From Fibrobacterales bacterium (GTDB taxonomy: Bacteria; Fibrobacterota; Fibrobacteria; Fibrobacterales; JAOPTW01), in assembly GCA_051532055.1 (NCBI GenBank), contig JAOPTX010000003.1, positions 197,973 to 261,972 of the forward strand: a DNA stretch of 64,000 nucleotides, in the 5' to 3' direction. Positions 21,581 to 31,805 of the stretch are shown piece by piece. Positions within the stretch are counted from its first letter, which is position 1, and each line of letters begins with the position of its first letter. The notes under the pieces were generated by a model that was not told where the DNA came from, did not search any database, and saw only the letters and a program-made list of their open reading frames with translations. Both the position numbers and the translations under genes were made by a program.

Positions 21581-22906
21581 GTGCTAAAGATATTACAACA
21601 ATTTATTACGAAGTTTGCACTATTTACATGGGTTACATTGACGCTCATGGGTTGTTTTGAGGCAGCATCTCAAACAGCAAGCTGTAGTGATGATGACTGT
21701 GGATCCAGTATAGAAAGCGTAGAGAGTAGCTCAAGTATAGAGAGTAGTGAGAGCACATATGAGCGTTCCTCTGCTGAAAAATTGGGCGGTGGTTCAAGTA
21801 ATAGTAGTTCAGATAATTTGAGCTCTAGTGGAGCTTTGGATAAACATGTAGAGAGCTCGAGTAGTACCCACATAGACATACGTCATTCAAGTGATGCCGC
21901 AGAGGTGTGTTACTACCAGGGAATTACCTACAATGGTGATGATGTAATGCCCAATGATGGTTGTAATACATGTGTGTGTGATGCTGGCAGAAGAAATTGT
22001 ACCAACAATACCTGTGGCGACTGTAGCTATGATACAAAAGTATATGACCATGGTAATCTTTTTAATGCGACTGATGGCTGTAATCAGTGCGGATGTGTCG
22101 ATGGGTCGGTGGAGTGTACTGATAATGGTTGTGATACCGCAATGTGCCTTGCCATTTGCTCGAATAGTATTGGGAATTACACTATCGTGACTGAACAGGG
22201 GGACACCCTTATTACTCTCAATGGAGGTGAACTTACTTATGATTCATTAGTGGTTAGATTTAGTATTCAGTTTGATTCTGGATCACTCATTAGCTGGTAT
22301 CTCTCTTCAAATAAAACAGAATACCTTGATGCTCAGCTCGATTCAAAATTAAATCCCATTTTTAAACCAAAACATATGACTTTATATATTGATGGTGCGA
22401 AGGAATTCTATACCGTCACTCTTACCCCTGATTGGGTTGTTGATGATGTGTGCGGTACCAGTTGTCTGGTAAATCAGGAGAGTTTACTCGTTACTGCTCA
22501 ATTACAGCCCAAAAGTGTAAAGGGGTGTAAAGTAGATGATGATTGCACTATGTTTGAGGCGCTGGAAGGCGACTTTGGATATGTCTGTAATCATGGTGAT
22601 GTGTTACGGTGTGGTATGCGGCCAAGTACAGAACCTTGGGAGGATGAGTGTGACACTAACAGTGATTGTGAAGAAGGATATGCGTGTACCCTAGAGCGGA
22701 AGCTTAGCTGTGAAAAAGAAGATAATGACCTCTATGCGTGCACTCCAACCTGCGCTGTACTTGAATGTGCTGAGGGGTATACCTGTGAAGATGACGCCTG
22801 CATTCGTAACTGCACTCAAGATAGTGAGTGCTTAGGGGCAACTTATTGTGATTCAGGAACCTGTGTTGCTTTTGGATACTGTACTGATAATACTCCGGTT
22901 CCTTAG
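21581..22906 (+). CDS. Cys-rich lipoprotein with two VWC/pacifastin-like modules and C-terminal Cys-rich repeats
   Basis: LMGC lipobox; C.Y....Y..G......DGCN.C.C..G...CT...C twice; CxxDSxC repeats. Confidence 0.75.
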   Translation: MLKILQQFITKFALFTWVTLTLMGCFEAASQTASCSDDDCGSSIESVESSSSIESSESTYERSSAEKLGGGSSNSSSDNLSSSGALDKHVESSSSTHIDIRHSSDAAEVCYYQGITYNGDDVMPNDGCNTCVCDAGRRNCTNNTCGDCSYDTKVYDHGNLFNATDGCNQCGCVDGSVECTDNGCDTAMCLAICSNSIGNYTIVTEQGDTLITLNGGELTYDSLVVRFSIQFDSGSLISWYLSSNKTEYLDAQLDSKLNPIFKPKHMTLYIDGAKEFYTVTLTPDWVVDDVCGTSCLVNQESLLVTAQLQPKSVKGCKVDDDCTMFEALEGDFGYVCNHGDVLRCGMRPSTEPWEDECDTNSDCEEGYACTLERKLSCEKEDNDLYACTPTCAVLECAEGYTCEDDACIRNCTQDSECLGATYCDSGTCVAFGYCTDNTPVP

Positions 22907-22917
22907 TGATATCCACT

Positions 22918-22950
22918 AAAAAGGCCACCCAAATAAGAGTGGCCTTTAAA
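22918..22950. terminator. Bidirectional intrinsic terminator
   Basis: AAAGGCCAC-loop-GTGGCCTTT between convergent genes. Confidence 0.7.
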
Positions 22951-22973
22951 TAACAAAAAATTACTAATAACCG

Positions 22974-23885
22974 TTAGTGAGTTGCTGTTTGAGATGCTGT
23001 GTTTTTAGCGATACCATTTAACGAGTACGTGAAATTATACTCAATGATGTCGTTTGCTGTTACTGTCTGAGGAATTGAGAAGGTAAAATGTTTTTGCGTT
23101 CCAGACATTCTATAATTGTACTGAGATGATCCGTTGATTGAATAATGAACGTCTACCCATTGAAGATCTTTAATGGCTGTTACTGCAAGTGTTTGAGTTG
23201 CTGATGCGTAAGAGCCTTCAACAACAGGTACTATACCACTAACATATATCGTAGACCATTGGCTATTTGCTATCCCACCGTTAGTGAATGATGTAGTGTA
23301 GTATTCGATGACATCACCATTTGCAAGGTTTTGGAATAGTTCTTGGGTGAATGCACTCGTAGCAGTTTTAGTCATTCTGTAGTTTAATTGTCCACCATCG
23401 TTAATGGTATAATGGATATCTGCCCACTCTGTATTTTCGAGCGTAAGATTGATTGAACGATCATTTGCATCGAAAACTGTAGTCGAAGAGTATTCTATAG
23501 AAACGGTAAGAAAAATATCATTACCCCCATATACAATGTTAGATGTATGGTTAGGGTTACGCACTTTTGCATCGATGCCTATTTGATAAAGATTGTTTCC
23601 ATTTATTCTATAGTCAGTCTCAACGTCATAGAGTTCCCAATCGGTACAATTTGCTGTTGAATATGTATAGGTTGTTACATCATACAGCGTGGCTTTACAG
23701 TCACTAATAGCTACTGAAATACCAGTTATTTCATTATCTGTATCGAGTGTTATTACTTTTTCTTTGTAAGGAGCTCTCACACCATCTCCGAGTCCGACCG
23801 AAGCATCTGCATGCTCGTATGTATATGTTCCTGCAAACGAAGTCGTAACGAGTAATGCGGTGCCGAGTAGTAGTTTGTTGATCAT
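22974..23885 (-). CDS. Secreted non-catalytic protein with two CBM56-like (beta-1,3-glucan-binding) modules
   Basis: Signal peptide; WADIHYTINDGGQLNYRM...GDVIEYY and WVDVHYSINGSSQYNYRM...DIIEYNFTY. Confidence 0.72.
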   Translation of the reverse strand: MINKLLLGTALLVTTSFAGTYTYEHADASVGLGDGVRAPYKEKVITLDTDNEITGISVAISDCKATLYDVTTYTYSTANCTDWELYDVETDYRINGNNLYQIGIDAKVRNPNHTSNIVYGGNDIFLTVSIEYSSTTVFDANDRSINLTLENTEWADIHYTINDGGQLNYRMTKTATSAFTQELFQNLANGDVIEYYTTSFTNGGIANSQWSTIYVSGIVPVVEGSYASATQTLAVTAIKDLQWVDVHYSINGSSQYNYRMSGTQKHFTFSIPQTVTANDIIEYNFTYSLNGIAKNTASQTATH

Positions 23886-24190
23886 TGTAAGCCTTTATTT
23901 GTGTGTTTGTGTGTTGTGGTAATAATATAGTGTGAAAAATTAACACATCAAAATTGGTTTTTTACAAAATACTCATTCTGGCAGTCTATCTGTTGCAACG
24001 CTGTTGCAAAATGCAGAAGATTGGGTTTGTTTAGTTGTGTTGGACTAGGGGCATTAGATATATATGCGAGTATTGGGCAAAGAGTATAGAGGACTCTACT
24101 TAAACACACCATGACTGTTATAATGTGCAAAGAATCAATTTCAGTATTTAGTAAGTGAATTGTCTTTGATAGTATCGGTCCAAATATATT

Positions 24191-24232
24191 AGTACGCTTT
24201 GAGTACAAACGAGTACGCTTTGAGTACGCTTA
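24191..24232 (+). promoter_or_regulatory. Array of AGTAC(GCTT) direct repeats, likely a transcription-factor binding site
   Basis: AGTAC at 24191, 24202, 24212 and 24223 (10-11 bp period); near-identical copy at 39994-40014. Confidence 0.6.
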
Positions 24233-24337
24233 TCAGTCATAACAATACGCACTCCCTTTTTCTCAATATACATTTTGCTTACCTTTGTTTTGTAGGACAC
24301 ACTTACAATAACATATACACACTACAAAGGAGTCACC

Positions 24338-25045
24338 ATGAAATTGGGACAAATCATTAAATCATCATTATTGACATTGGCAGTTGCAGCATCTGTAGCT
24401 TCTGCAGCAAACTACGAACTCGTATCACAAGGTGCAACTGCAACTGCAACTACAACAGAGTCATATGATCTTTCTACTTCTAATCTTTTTGATGGAAATA
24501 CTGGAACTCGTTGGGCGTCTGAATTTTTGGCTAACCAAGAAGTGGTCATTGATCTTGGTTCACGTAAATATATAGACAAAATTTCTCTTAACTGGGAAGC
24601 TGCCTTCGCAACTCAGTTTAAAATTCAAGTATCAAATGACGCTATTAACTGGGATGCTAATCGTCGTACTAAATATGTAACTGGTACTCAAGCGGGAATT
24701 CAAGAAATCGTAGGTGACTTCTCTAAGCACCGGTATATTAAGCTTTTACTCGAAGAAAGAGCATTACCAGCCTATGGTTTTTCTCTATATGAAGTAGAAG
24801 TGTTTACAGACAACGATCTACATCATAAAGCAAAATCAGTTGATCTCTTTCAATTTAGCGACTGGGGTGGATTACCAAAACCTGAGTGTGGATACGACAA
24901 CGTTGGCTCTATCTCTGCTCAAACAAATGGTCACTATTTTCAAACTACCACTATCTATGCTTGTGTAAAAGGCTTTGATGGCCAAACAGGTAACCATGTA
25001 TATGGTTGGGTACCAATGGCTTCAGGCGATCAACTTTTCGAATAA
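24338..25045 (+). CDS. Secreted discoidin/F5-8 type C (CBM32) domain protein
   Basis: AAAGGAG RBS; signal peptide; FDGNTGTRWAS, IDLG, LNWEAAFA, RYIKL, YGFSLYEVEV. Confidence 0.85.
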   Translation: MKLGQIIKSSLLTLAVAASVASAANYELVSQGATATATTTESYDLSTSNLFDGNTGTRWASEFLANQEVVIDLGSRKYIDKISLNWEAAFATQFKIQVSNDAINWDANRRTKYVTGTQAGIQEIVGDFSKHRYIKLLLEERALPAYGFSLYEVEVFTDNDLHHKAKSVDLFQFSDWGGLPKPECGYDNVGSISAQTNGHYFQTTTIYACVKGFDGQTGNHVYGWVPMASGDQLFE

Positions 25046-25095
25046 TTGTTAACCGATTAGTGTTGATTAAATAGTAGGGTATTGTTACCGATACC

Positions 25096-25130
25096 AAAAG
25101 AGGCTTTCTCATAATGAGGAGCCTCTTTTT
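25096..25130 (+). terminator. Intrinsic terminator
   Basis: AAAAGAGGCTTTCTCA-TAA-TGAGGAGCCTCTTTTT. Confidence 0.8.
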
Positions 25131-25335
25131 ATTATTGATTATACATTAACGTGCTTAACATGTCAAAGTGATTTTTACGATGATTTTAAAGTAAAATGTA
25201 CAGTAAATCAACTACAAATAAAGATTTTTTGGTATATTCCTTTTCGGAAATTATTTTCATAGCTCCATGAGGGGGAGGTATGAAAGAGGGAAAATTTTTC
25301 GTTACGGGACACACATGCGATTGAAAAACACACCT

Positions 25336-27054
25336 ATGCGAGTGAAAACTCTTGTTATATTCATGTCTATATTTTTGACCCACTGTGAACAGGGGGGGAA
25401 GGATATCACCTCAAATACTAAACCAGAAGGCGCTGAGATCAGTTCAAGTGATGACGGAATAGGCCCTTATGAACACCTCCTTTTATTAAAAGATTCTCTT
25501 AAGCATATTGATGGTATGATTCTCAGGGAAACAGACTTGGATAAGATTGCTTCGCTTGAGAATGTACAAGAGTTATTTTTTAACAGGTTTAGTGAAAAGG
25601 CTTTCAGCTATAAGGATGAACAAGATGCCTTATTTGCAGATGCTCTCAATTTAAAAGATAGTCTTATCGATCAAGAAGCACGTCAAAGTGCTATTAATGC
25701 TGCCCAAATAGAGGTTAACATCTATAGTGTCACTGTGGATAAGGCGAATAAATTAGTGACGTTTATTAACGGTCGCACACCGCTCCCCATTGAAAGTTCA
25801 AGTACTACAAGGCCAACATCTGAGTCATCTGAGGAGGGAACTGAACATACAGAATCAAGTTCATTAATACCGCAATCAAGTGAAAGAGGGGATGAGAGTA
25901 CTACTCATTCGGAAACTACCGAGTCATCTCACCAAGCAGAATCAAGTTCCCAGAGAGGTATTTCAAGCGCAGAAGCATCGAGCAGTACACTATCACAGGG
26001 TATCAGTTCTGAGACAATGAATTTGAGTAGTGCTCTACATTCATCAAGCTCAATCAGCACTCCTACTATTAATAGTGTGCCAGTATTTAGTCCTGCAACA
26101 CCGACTCATTCTATAAAAACAGGTGTGGATACGGCTTACTCATTTGACCTAGCGGCCGCAGATGTTGATGGTGATCCAATCACATGGAAGGTTAAATCAG
26201 GAAATAACCCTACTCACGGTACTGTGAGCTTTGCTTCAGCATCTACTCATAATAATACGATTACTTATACCCCCGATTCGGGGTATTCAGGAACTGATAG
26301 TTTTGTATTAAAGATTATTGATGGAAATGGGGGATCTTCTACCATGACCATTGATGTAACGATACTCGCTAAAACGGCCCCACCCGTTCCCGATTTAGCA
26401 TTGACCTTTGATGGTGATAATGATTATGTTGATCTCCCACCTGTGGATTTAGATTTTTCAAATGGGTTGACAATCGAATGTTGGATACGTTTTTCCACAC
26501 CGAGAGCCTATGAGCGCATCATTGAATGGGGGAATGGAGTCACGAATGATAATGTAATTTTACTCGTAGATGGTGCAAATACCAAAAGCTTATACTTTAG
26601 GGTATATCATGGGACTAAGGGCCAGAGTAAAGTGTTGGCTAATAACATATTAAATGGAGTATCAAATACCTGGACACATATTGCAATGACTCTTTCTAAT
26701 GCCGGTGTGGTTACCTTTTATAAAAACGGAAAAAAGCATAATGATGTTACGGGGAACCCTTCTGCTGTTCCCTTAGAAATTACACGTTCCTCTAATTTTA
26801 TTGGAGAGAGTAATTGGAGTAACGACCCCGAATTTAAGGGTGCAATGGATGAATTTCGCATTTGGAAAACAGTGCGCTCACTATCTGATATTGCTGATGC
26901 AATGGATAGTAGACTCACCGGAACAGAACAGGGATTAAAGCATCTCTGGAGCTTCGATGACGGTTCGGGAACTAAGGTAACTGACTTAGTAAATTCGGCG
27001 GGTAATGGTACTACGAAGAATATGAGTATTGGTACTGCTTGGATTTCTCGTTAG
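25336..27054 (+). CDS. Lipoprotein with Ser-rich linker, cadherin-like/Big_9 domain and LamG (concanavalin A-like) domain
   Basis: LTHC lipobox; DVDGDPITW, PTHGTV, YTPDSGYSGTDSF; ALTFDGDNDYV, WTHIAMT, FKGAMDEFRIW. The ORF track start is 25267. Confidence 0.8.
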   Translation: MRVKTLVIFMSIFLTHCEQGGKDITSNTKPEGAEISSSDDGIGPYEHLLLLKDSLKHIDGMILRETDLDKIASLENVQELFFNRFSEKAFSYKDEQDALFADALNLKDSLIDQEARQSAINAAQIEVNIYSVTVDKANKLVTFINGRTPLPIESSSTTRPTSESSEEGTEHTESSSLIPQSSERGDESTTHSETTESSHQAESSSQRGISSAEASSSTLSQGISSETMNLSSALHSSSSISTPTINSVPVFSPATPTHSIKTGVDTAYSFDLAAADVDGDPITWKVKSGNNPTHGTVSFASASTHNNTITYTPDSGYSGTDSFVLKIIDGNGGSSTMTIDVTILAKTAPPVPDLALTFDGDNDYVDLPPVDLDFSNGLTIECWIRFSTPRAYERIIEWGNGVTNDNVILLVDGANTKSLYFRVYHGTKGQSKVLANNILNGVSNTWTHIAMTLSNAGVVTFYKNGKKHNDVTGNPSAVPLEITRSSNFIGESNWSNDPEFKGAMDEFRIWKTVRSLSDIADAMDSRLTGTEQGLKHLWSFDDGSGTKVTDLVNSAGNGTTKNMSIGTAWISR

Positions 27055-27176
27055 TGATATACTATACAGTGAACGTGTTTTCTGACAGTGAACAGTAATG
27101 GTTTAAAAATTAAGTGAATTGATTTTTTTATTAGGTTAGTTGCTAATTTACTTTGTAACAATTTACAGAGGTAATT

Positions 27177-28931
27177 ATGATTAATAAAATGTGCTTCGTT
27201 TTTCTTTTGACTTTTATTGTATTCCTTTCTTGTACTGCTGAAAATGGCTTAAATAGCGATCCTATCGTTGAAAATTCCCTCATATTATGTAATGATTCAC
27301 TTGATAATGATGGCGATTCTTTTATTGATTGTCTCGATCAAGATTGTAAAGTATTTACATTTTGTGCCGTAACGCAACAGAGTAGTAGTTCATCTTTACT
27401 CGGTGGAGTAGTGAGTTCAGCAGCTATGAATCCTGAAAGTATTAGTTCTCATGATACTGTCAGTGTATCACCCACTGCACAATCAGTGACATCGCCGTTA
27501 AGTAGCGATAACAATAGTGTTCCGGAAAATATTAGTTCTCATGATATTGTCAGTTCATCACTTACTGCACAATCAGTGACATCACCGTTAAGTAGCAATA
27601 ACAATAGTGTTCCGGAAAATAATAGTTCTCATATGAGTGTTGGCTCATCACTCGTTACTCCGCCTGAGTTATCGTCGGCGAGTAGTAATCAAGAGGGTAG
27701 ATCAATAAATTTGGCTCCCTTGGTGACTGACATCATTGCAAAAAAGTATGTGGTTACTATTGGTGATTCGGTAACATTTTGGGCTGAAGGGTCTGACCCT
27801 AATGGTTTTTCAGACATTACTCAGTATCAATGGGACCTGAATGGTGACGGGGTATTTGAGTATACCGAAACAACTCAGCTATTTAAAAGACATGTAATAA
27901 CCGTCGCCTATGACACCCCAGGAGATTACACGTTAGATTTTAAAATAATTGATAAATCAGGTGCTGAAGTCCTTGCATCTCAGAGTATTCAACAGTTACC
28001 TCAAGTAATAGTTATAAATGAACCACCGACATTGGTTGACTGCCCGGATGTAACGGTAAATCGAAGAAAGAGTGTGTCGTTAATCTGCCAGGCTGAAGAC
28101 AAGAATGAAACAGCAGAGGGAGTAGTAGCAGGCTCAGAGGGCGTCCTTACTTATTCTTGGGATATTAATGCAGACTTAACGGTCGATACGGTTACTACTG
28201 GAGGTGTATTAACGGTTGATATTGATTATACTGTAGACACAACCATTGCAGTGCTTGTTACTATAACTGATGATGATGCAAACAGTATTTCAAAAGAGAT
28301 ACTCATTGGAGTGCATAATGATGGGTTTGATCCAGATGGCTTACAGTGCATTGATCCGTTGCCTTTGAGGGAGTCAGACTCTCCAACGTACCAAGAAACA
28401 GACCTATTAAAGCATAGGTCTATTATACCCGTATATCTTCCAATTGGAGTATGGGGTTACGATAATGATCTTACTTTTGATCGTATTAGTGTTGGATGTG
28501 GATATTCCGATGATTGTATACTCCAGGTTTCTTTTGATTGTACACGCAATGACGTCAATGAAACACAGTATATTGGAGCATCATTTTTAAGTGGTAGAAA
28601 TGACTGGAGTTATGATCACACTTGGGGTGGCGATGAACCTACTACTTTAGTAGGAGAGTTTGCAGGGTCGGGATACTTAATTATAGGATCATTTGGGGCT
28701 CAGGAATCGATACAGTTAACACAAGAGTATCAACCACTTACCCTCACTCTTGATTATGCTCAGCACATTATGGATCAAGCTAATCCAATTTCAGAAGACG
28801 CGCCTGTATCCACAGACTATGCCGATAATAAGCTGTTTAATACACCGGTAAGTTTGATTGTGCATCAAATTGACTCTACCGACACGGAAGAAGTAATTTG
28901 GGTTAACATTAAGAATTTGATGTTTGAGTAG
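27177..28931 (+). CDS. Lipoprotein with Cys/Asp motif, Ser-rich repeats and PKD-like domains
   Basis: FLSC lipobox; CNDSLDNDGDSFIDCLDQDC; YQWDLNGDGVFE, YDTPGDY; YSWDINAD. Confidence 0.75.
   Translation: MINKMCFVFLLTFIVFLSCTAENGLNSDPIVENSLILCNDSLDNDGDSFIDCLDQDCKVFTFCAVTQQSSSSSLLGGVVSSAAMNPESISSHDTVSVSPTAQSVTSPLSSDNNSVPENISSHDIVSSSLTAQSVTSPLSSNNNSVPENNSSHMSVGSSLVTPPELSSASSNQEGRSINLAPLVTDIIAKKYVVTIGDSVTFWAEGSDPNGFSDITQYQWDLNGDGVFEYTETTQLFKRHVITVAYDTPGDYTLDFKIIDKSGAEVLASQSIQQLPQVIVINEPPTLVDCPDVTVNRRKSVSLICQAEDKNETAEGVVAGSEGVLTYSWDINADLTVDTVTTGGVLTVDIDYTVDTTIAVLVTITDDDANSISKEILIGVHNDGFDPDGLQCIDPLPLRESDSPTYQETDLLKHRSIIPVYLPIGVWGYDNDLTFDRISVGCGYSDDCILQVSFDCTRNDVNETQYIGASFLSGRNDWSYDHTWGGDEPTTLVGEFAGSGYLIIGSFGAQESIQLTQEYQPLTLTLDYAQHIMDQANPISEDAPVSTDYADNKLFNTPVSLIVHQIDSTDTEEVIWVNIKNLMFE
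27432..27632 (+). repeat. In-frame 90-bp tandem repeat (about 2.2 copies)
   Basis: ATTAGTTCTCAT at 27441 and 27531, AATAGTTCTCAT at 27621. Confidence 0.9.
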
Positions 28932-29168
28932 CTATACCTATACTGTAGGTTGCTAGAGTTAATTGTAATCATTTTGGGGGCATATACATTCAATTCGAGC
29001 GAAAAGCTTTAGTGGAGATGGAGACTATACTAAGGGATTATGGGTCAAAATTCTATATTATCTCGCTTTTGCGCATACAATAATTTACTTTATAATTAAC
29101 GCAATCATCGGGTGAACCCTACGTTTGGATGTGTGGGCATATTTACCCAAGCACAAAAGTGGTTAATT

Positions 29169-29627
29169 ATGAAGCCAGTGATCAGAATTGCAACCATAGA
29201 TGATGTTGATAGCATTGTACCGCTTCTTACTGAGCTGTACGATCAAGTAATTGATCTTGTTCCCGACCCTCAAGCTCAACAGACTGGTATTTCAAAAATA
29301 ATTTCAAACCCTGATATTGGTACTGTGTTAATCGCTTTAATTAATAAGAATGTAATCGGGGTACTCAATATTCAATATTCAATAAGCGCTGCTAAAGGTG
29401 GTGTGGTTGCAAATTTTGACGACTTAATTATTACCAAAGAATATCAGAGTAAAGGAATGGGGGCGTATTTATTGCAAGCCGGAATAGACCATGTCAAGAA
29501 ATTAAACATACCTCGCATTAGTTTATTAACTGATTTTGATAATGACACCGCGATTGCGTTTTATGAAAAACATGGCTTCTCAAAGTCTGCCATGATTCCA
29601 TTTGTATTACAGATTGACAATAGATAA
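29169..29627 (+). CDS. GNAT family N-acetyltransferase
   Basis: IRIATIDD, EYQSKGMGAYLL, N..AIAFYEKHGF. Confidence 0.9.
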   Translation: MKPVIRIATIDDVDSIVPLLTELYDQVIDLVPDPQAQQTGISKIISNPDIGTVLIALINKNVIGVLNIQYSISAAKGGVVANFDDLIITKEYQSKGMGAYLLQAGIDHVKKLNIPRISLLTDFDNDTAIAFYEKHGFSKSAMIPFVLQIDNR

Positions 29628-29775
29628 TCGGTTATTAATCGATATTTACGTTGGGGAATACCAATAGGCCTAAAATAAGCATCTCATCAGGATTGTTTTC
29701 CATATAATTTTAAAATAAAGTATCACAATGTAATGCTGGTTTCGTTTTATATGAAATAACCATCATGGAGAAATC

Positions 29776-30162
29776 ATGAAAATTTCATTTCTATTACCTG
29801 TTTCAATTGTATGCACCTATGCCTTTATAGCCTTTACCTCATGTGAATTAACTGAAAGCTGTGCATGCACTTCTGATATTCGTTTTAATTATTGTGTTAC
29901 GATTAATGGGAAGGATTCAATACCAGATTTTCTCGATATTATCAGAATATCCAACCTCAGAACCGACACTCTTTCAAATACTATGGACTACAGCAACAAC
30001 TGTTTTGATGAGATCTCTGGCACTACTCAGGTTAAGATTGTTAAGAACAATTCCATCATAGCCGAAAAGAATGATATTGTCACTAAGACGGTTGATTGTT
30101 GTCATTCTGAGCCCATTATTGTGGACTTTGTGCTGAGTGATTCACTGTTGTTTCGTGATTAA
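29776..30162 (+). CDS. Small Cys-containing lipoprotein
   Basis: GGAGA RBS, FTSC lipobox, CACT..., DCCH. Confidence 0.65.
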   Translation: MKISFLLPVSIVCTYAFIAFTSCELTESCACTSDIRFNYCVTINGKDSIPDFLDIIRISNLRTDTLSNTMDYSNNCFDEISGTTQVKIVKNNSIIAEKNDIVTKTVDCCHSEPIIVDFVLSDSLLFRD

Positions 30163-30267
30163 TAACTATGGTTACAATAGTAGCGAAATGAATTTTACTA
30201 TCTAAATATTATTTTCGCATGTATTACTCTGTAGGATTAAGGGTATGAGCCAGGAATGTCGCTCAGA

Positions 30268-31746
30268 TTAAAGTCGGGTATCCACTCCTAAAATTTTTAT
30301 GAGAAGCTCTTCATCAAGGGGTTTGAGTAAAAAACCATTAAACCCTTTTGCTCTAATTTCTTCCAGGGAAATACTATAATCACTTGCAGTGAGTAAATAA
30401 ATCGGTGTTTCAGAATCATGTTCTCTAATTTTTTCTGTAAGCATATACCCATTACCATTAGGCATTTCGAGGTCAGTAAACACGAATTCGGGCTTGTTCT
30501 CTTTGTATAAGGCATAGGCAGTTGTCCCATCCTGAGCACAAAGAACTTCAAAATTAAGGGCTTCGAGTTGGTTTTTCATAATTTCAATATTTATATCATT
30601 ATCATCGGCAATGAGAATGCGGTTAATTCTTTTTGATGTTTTATGGGTCGGGACAATAGATCCTCCAAGATTGAGAATTTCTTCATCAAAATCAGCATAG
30701 GTAATTGCTATGTTTCTGAAGGTATCTTGAATTTCACAAAAACACGTAACGATATCTGGATCAAAATGTGAACCACTCCCTTCTTTAATTATAGCGACTG
30801 CTTTATCCTGTCCAAAGGGTTCTTTATATACTCGTTTACTAATAAGTGCATCATACACGTCGGCTATGGCCATCAATCTACCGGCCAAAGGGATTTCCTC
30901 GCCCTTCAGTTGTTGAGGATAGCCTGAACCGTCCCATTTTTCATGGTGGTAAAATGCGAGATCCTGAGCTGCTTTGAGCACCTCTTTATTTTTTAGCTTG
31001 TTTCCGATTTTTGTGAGGATATCGTATCCATATTGAGCATGCTCCTTCATCGTGTTGAATTCATCCGAGGTGAGTTTACCTGGTTTTAGCAGTATAGTAT
31101 CCGCTATACCAACTTTACCTATGTCGTGGAGAGGAGCGGAGGTGTGCAGTATATCAATATATGAATCAGAAAGTTTGTTTGAATATTTGGGGTGGGAATT
31201 TAATTTTTTGGCCAATGCTTTGATGTAGTTTTGTGTTCTTTTAATATGGCCACCTGTTTCCGGGTCTCGATATTCGGCAATTGTTCCTAGACTTTCAATT
31301 AAAACTCTTTGGGTGAGTTCAAGCCCTAGTGTACGCTCCTTTATTAAAAGTTCAAGCGTATCTCGATGATTTTTTAGTGCAAGATGAGTAGTTATTCGCG
31401 CGTTAAGTAAGTCATGATCAAACGGCTTACTGATGAAGTCTGCAGCACCTATTTCTAGGCCTTTACATGCATGTTCAACATCGGTTAGTGCCGTTAGGAA
31501 TATGATAGGAATATTTTGTGTACTAGGTTTTGCTTTCAATGTCTTACACACTTCAAATCCATCAATGTCTGGCATCATTATATCCAGAAGAATAAGATCA
31601 GGAATGTTTGTTAGAGCGATATGTAAACCCTCTTTACCTTCTGTTGCTACGTAGAGAGTGTAATGGTCTTGTAATGATTCAATGAGAATGTCGATATTTT
31701 CAGGAGTATCGTCTATTATAAGAACACTATATTGTTTATCCGACAT
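30268..31746 (-). CDS. REC-HD-GYP-REC response regulator (RpfG-like cyclic-dinucleotide phosphodiesterase)
   Basis: IIDD/LLDIMMP/KP receiver; ETGGH, LHDIGKVG, HHEKWDGSGYP, ADVYDAL; second receiver IADD/FTDLEMP. Confidence 0.93.
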   Translation of the reverse strand: MSDKQYSVLIIDDTPENIDILIESLQDHYTLYVATEGKEGLHIALTNIPDLILLDIMMPDIDGFEVCKTLKAKPSTQNIPIIFLTALTDVEHACKGLEIGAADFISKPFDHDLLNARITTHLALKNHRDTLELLIKERTLGLELTQRVLIESLGTIAEYRDPETGGHIKRTQNYIKALAKKLNSHPKYSNKLSDSYIDILHTSAPLHDIGKVGIADTILLKPGKLTSDEFNTMKEHAQYGYDILTKIGNKLKNKEVLKAAQDLAFYHHEKWDGSGYPQQLKGEEIPLAGRLMAIADVYDALISKRVYKEPFGQDKAVAIIKEGSGSHFDPDIVTCFCEIQDTFRNIAITYADFDEEILNLGGSIVPTHKTSKRINRILIADDNDINIEIMKNQLEALNFEVLCAQDGTTAYALYKENKPEFVFTDLEMPNGNGYMLTEKIREHDSETPIYLLTASDYSISLEEIRAKGFNGFLLKPLDEELLIKILGVDTRL

Positions 31747-31805
31747 ATCGAAACTCCTTTGCCATATTTGAAGAGTGAATGTAAATTCTGTCGATAAATA
31801 ATATT

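Noticed and set aside
24191..24232. CRISPR or iteron interpretation of the AGTAC repeats
   Set aside because: The units are only 10-11 bp with no spacers, and there is no cas or rep gene. They fit an operator better.
27066..27093. ACAGTGAAC direct repeat upstream of the PKD lipoprotein
   Set aside because: Single occurrence with a 19-bp period; not enough support for a call.
9287..30162. Integron cassette array (many short unrelated co-oriented genes)
   Set aside because: No integrase and no recurring attC sites. Orientation is mixed and several genes have their own promoters and terminators.
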